DNA from: Botryllus schlosseri
Taxonomy: Eukaryota
Assembly: GCA_051294905.1 (NCBI GenBank)
Contig: CM119373.1
Coordinates: 2,048,001 to 2,112,000 of the forward strand
Length of the DNA: 64,000 nt
Direction: 5' to 3'
Position numbers and translations under genes: made by a program. Under the pieces are notes generated by a model. It saw only the letters and a list, made by a program, of their open reading frames with translations, had not been told where the DNA came from and searched no databases. The first letter of the stretch is position 1, and the number at the start of each line of letters is the position of its first letter. Below, piece after piece: positions 61,748 through 64,000 of this stretch.

Positions 61748-64000
61748 ATCTAAGGTTTTAGTGGTCCGAAACCTAGTGAATCATGAAAATAAGTCTGGTG
61801 CCCCCCTATTTTAAGGGTGTAGTAAAAAACCAATGTGTAAGTGGTCGAAGTCCGCCTTCCGGTTAGGAATTCACTATAAGACCACTCGACTGATCAAGGG
61901 TATAATTTTTTTTGCTGTTTTCGGGATCAAATCCAGGTTGTTATAACAACCATCGGGTAAAAACTACGGGCTCATAGCATTTGGTTCGAGATCGATGGAC
62001 ACATCTCGAATTCTCCTCTACGATTGCCAATACGGTGAATAAAGTTGTATTCGTTTCGTTTTATTGCTTTGTGTGACCACTTAATCAACTGAGAATGTTG
62101 TAGAGACTTGCTCACGTTACATTTAGCGCTGCTATTAAGTTCAACATGAATGCGGGAAACAACACTCAGCAGTATCATCCTTTATGATACGATTACGAAA
62201 TATTCTGACGACATAATTTTGTAGCTCTCAAATACAAGTATATTTAGTTACTCGTTTTTGCCAGAAAGCTGCAAAACACCTTTAATGTACAAATGACATC
62301 ACTCTCGAAAATTGATCAGTAGCCTTTAGCGCCTTTGCGATTTAGGCATGCAGTGCGCATCAGGATAAAATACCTAGTCAAAAATATTTTATGTAAAACA
62401 ACCCGAGCTATCAGTATAAGTATCAATTTATTAATATTTTCATCATTTCAAAACACCACAAAACTTCGATACCATGAAAGGATAGGAAGATGTCAAAACT
62501 ACTTGGAGTATAGCTAGCGTGACGGGGTTGTTATGAAGGGGAATAAGCAATCCAAAAGTACCCCAAATTCATTTTACATGATTTAAAATAAACCACTGCA
62601 TTCATGGAATCATGAGTCGGTGGATATTTCGCGATGAGCGCGACTAAAAACGTTGTGATTTAACAGATTTTGTCGAATGTTAGTTTGCAATGAGAAACCA
62701 GGAATAATCATATGTCCTTACTACACCATCTGCTGCGAGACCATTTTCTTCAGCGCCTCAACCGCGTCCAGAGCCAAGTGCCCTCTATTTCGCCCCCTGA
62801 GCGTTTCCGCCCCTTCAAAATCCAAGTAGCTCCCTGGGAGGCGCTGGAGACAAGGTTAAGAACCACTGATCTAAATCATCACGAACTATATTGGTAAAAT
62901 TACGTCTCCTCCAGCTTCATAAACTGCTCATCTTCGACAGTACAATGCTCCCGGACGCATAGAAGAGTAGCGTACGACCAGTGTTGCTGATTATAAATTC
63001 TGTAGACGGAATTGGGCTCTGAGCTGTCGTAAGAAGTCGTCAGAAACAACATATACAAATGCGCGTGGACGTGTTCGTGTGGTTTTTGCGCTATCACGAA
63101 GCAACTAACGATCCAGATTAAACGTTTAAATTCTAATCTTTTCCAAGTCTATACCATGGTATCATGCTCAATCTTCTAGAATGATAGATACTTTTGTACT
63201 CAGCGCTTCTTTGGAAATTGTGTCAATCATCACACCCATCTCTGATCTGAACATATAAAGTGTCATCACCATGTTTGCATCTGCTTTAACAATAATCGAA
63301 TTTTTGAATTGTTCTTATGCTCTAATTTTAATTCCAATCTAATTCATGAATTGTTCTTATGCTCTAATTCTAATCTAATTTATTGTTTTCCTGAAAATGC
63401 CTATTTGACCGCGGCATGTTGAAGCGAGTCCATCTCGCAAAGGGATATCCTGAGCCAAGCCGCAATTGCATTACTTACACCGTACAGAAATAGTAGTTGT
63501 TGTGCGACGAATAATAGCCATACTGGAACAATTGTGACGCTTATCGCCGAATCATGTTATTTGTGCCATGAAAATGAATGTTGCAATGTTCATTGATCTT
63601 TGCCTTTGGAACTCTTTTTGGACTACTTCCAGTCACGTATATATTCATCATATATCTATCTCGTTTGCATACGACCTCTTCAGTGTCTTTTGCTGACGAT
63701 TTTCGAAGCTCGAGTTCAATTATTTAAACTGGGCTTTTCGTACGGCACTGCATACGCAGTGAGTTCAGCTACTAACGATTCGATATTAGGGCTATCCAGA
63801 CATGTTGCTAGGTGAAAGACTATCTCATCCTAAAGATTGGCTTTGGGGACGCCCTATAGCCCTAGTTTTCCAAGCGCCTCGGTGTCGAGTGCATTGTACG
63901 TCATGGCAATATCCCTATTCATGCCAGCTGACTCATCATCGATGGAATGCTGTTGCCTTCGTTGAAGCTATTTCCGCTATAGCGAGGAATAGTGTTGTTG

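Larger units (their letters stand above)
1..64000 (+). repeat. Tandem segmental-duplication array (older monomer plus recent ~18.46 kb higher-order unit)
   Basis: Window start cacgtacaatcgtatcaataatc recurs at 41779 and 60240 (diverged copy ~30608). Near-identical blocks: 1-7077 ~ 41779-47510; 9928-13763 ~ 47511-52706; ~14540-19170 ~ ~53255-58100; ~37778-45538 ~ ~56238-64000. Matching ORFs recur in the ORF track at these offsets. Confidence 0.95.

Overview
AT-rich eukaryotic genomic DNA, most likely from an invertebrate animal; a tunicate-like origin is only a guess. No complete gene is visible. The window is a tandem segmental-duplication array: an older ~8-10 kb monomer re-amplified as a recent ~18.5 kb higher-order unit. 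The only host-coding element I can support is one 168-nt, phase-0/phase-0 exon encoding two ribonuclease-inhibitor-type LRRs, present in four intact copies (8786-8953, 16297-16464, 37584-37751, 55033-55200). The copies differ mainly at predicted solvent-exposed beta-strand positions. One copy pair shows a local conversion-like patch, and one duplicated unit has deleted its exon. This looks like a modular, diversifying LRR-exon cassette array of an NLR-like immune gene (inference; no NACHT exon is in the window). The intervening DNA is packed with nested transposons, many with exact TSDs and matching empty sites in sister units. They include Buster/Charlie-type hAT MITEs, a Penelope-like fragment, a 5'-truncated RTE LINE, a tRNA-derived SINE family, and a decayed ISL2EU (THAP-DDE plus YqaJ). 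There is also a 6.4 kb CACTG element containing a 3.4 kb foldback element whose arms carry a 163-bp satellite, and a 6-bp-TSD element filled with a telomere-like minisatellite. All alignments and counts were made by eye.
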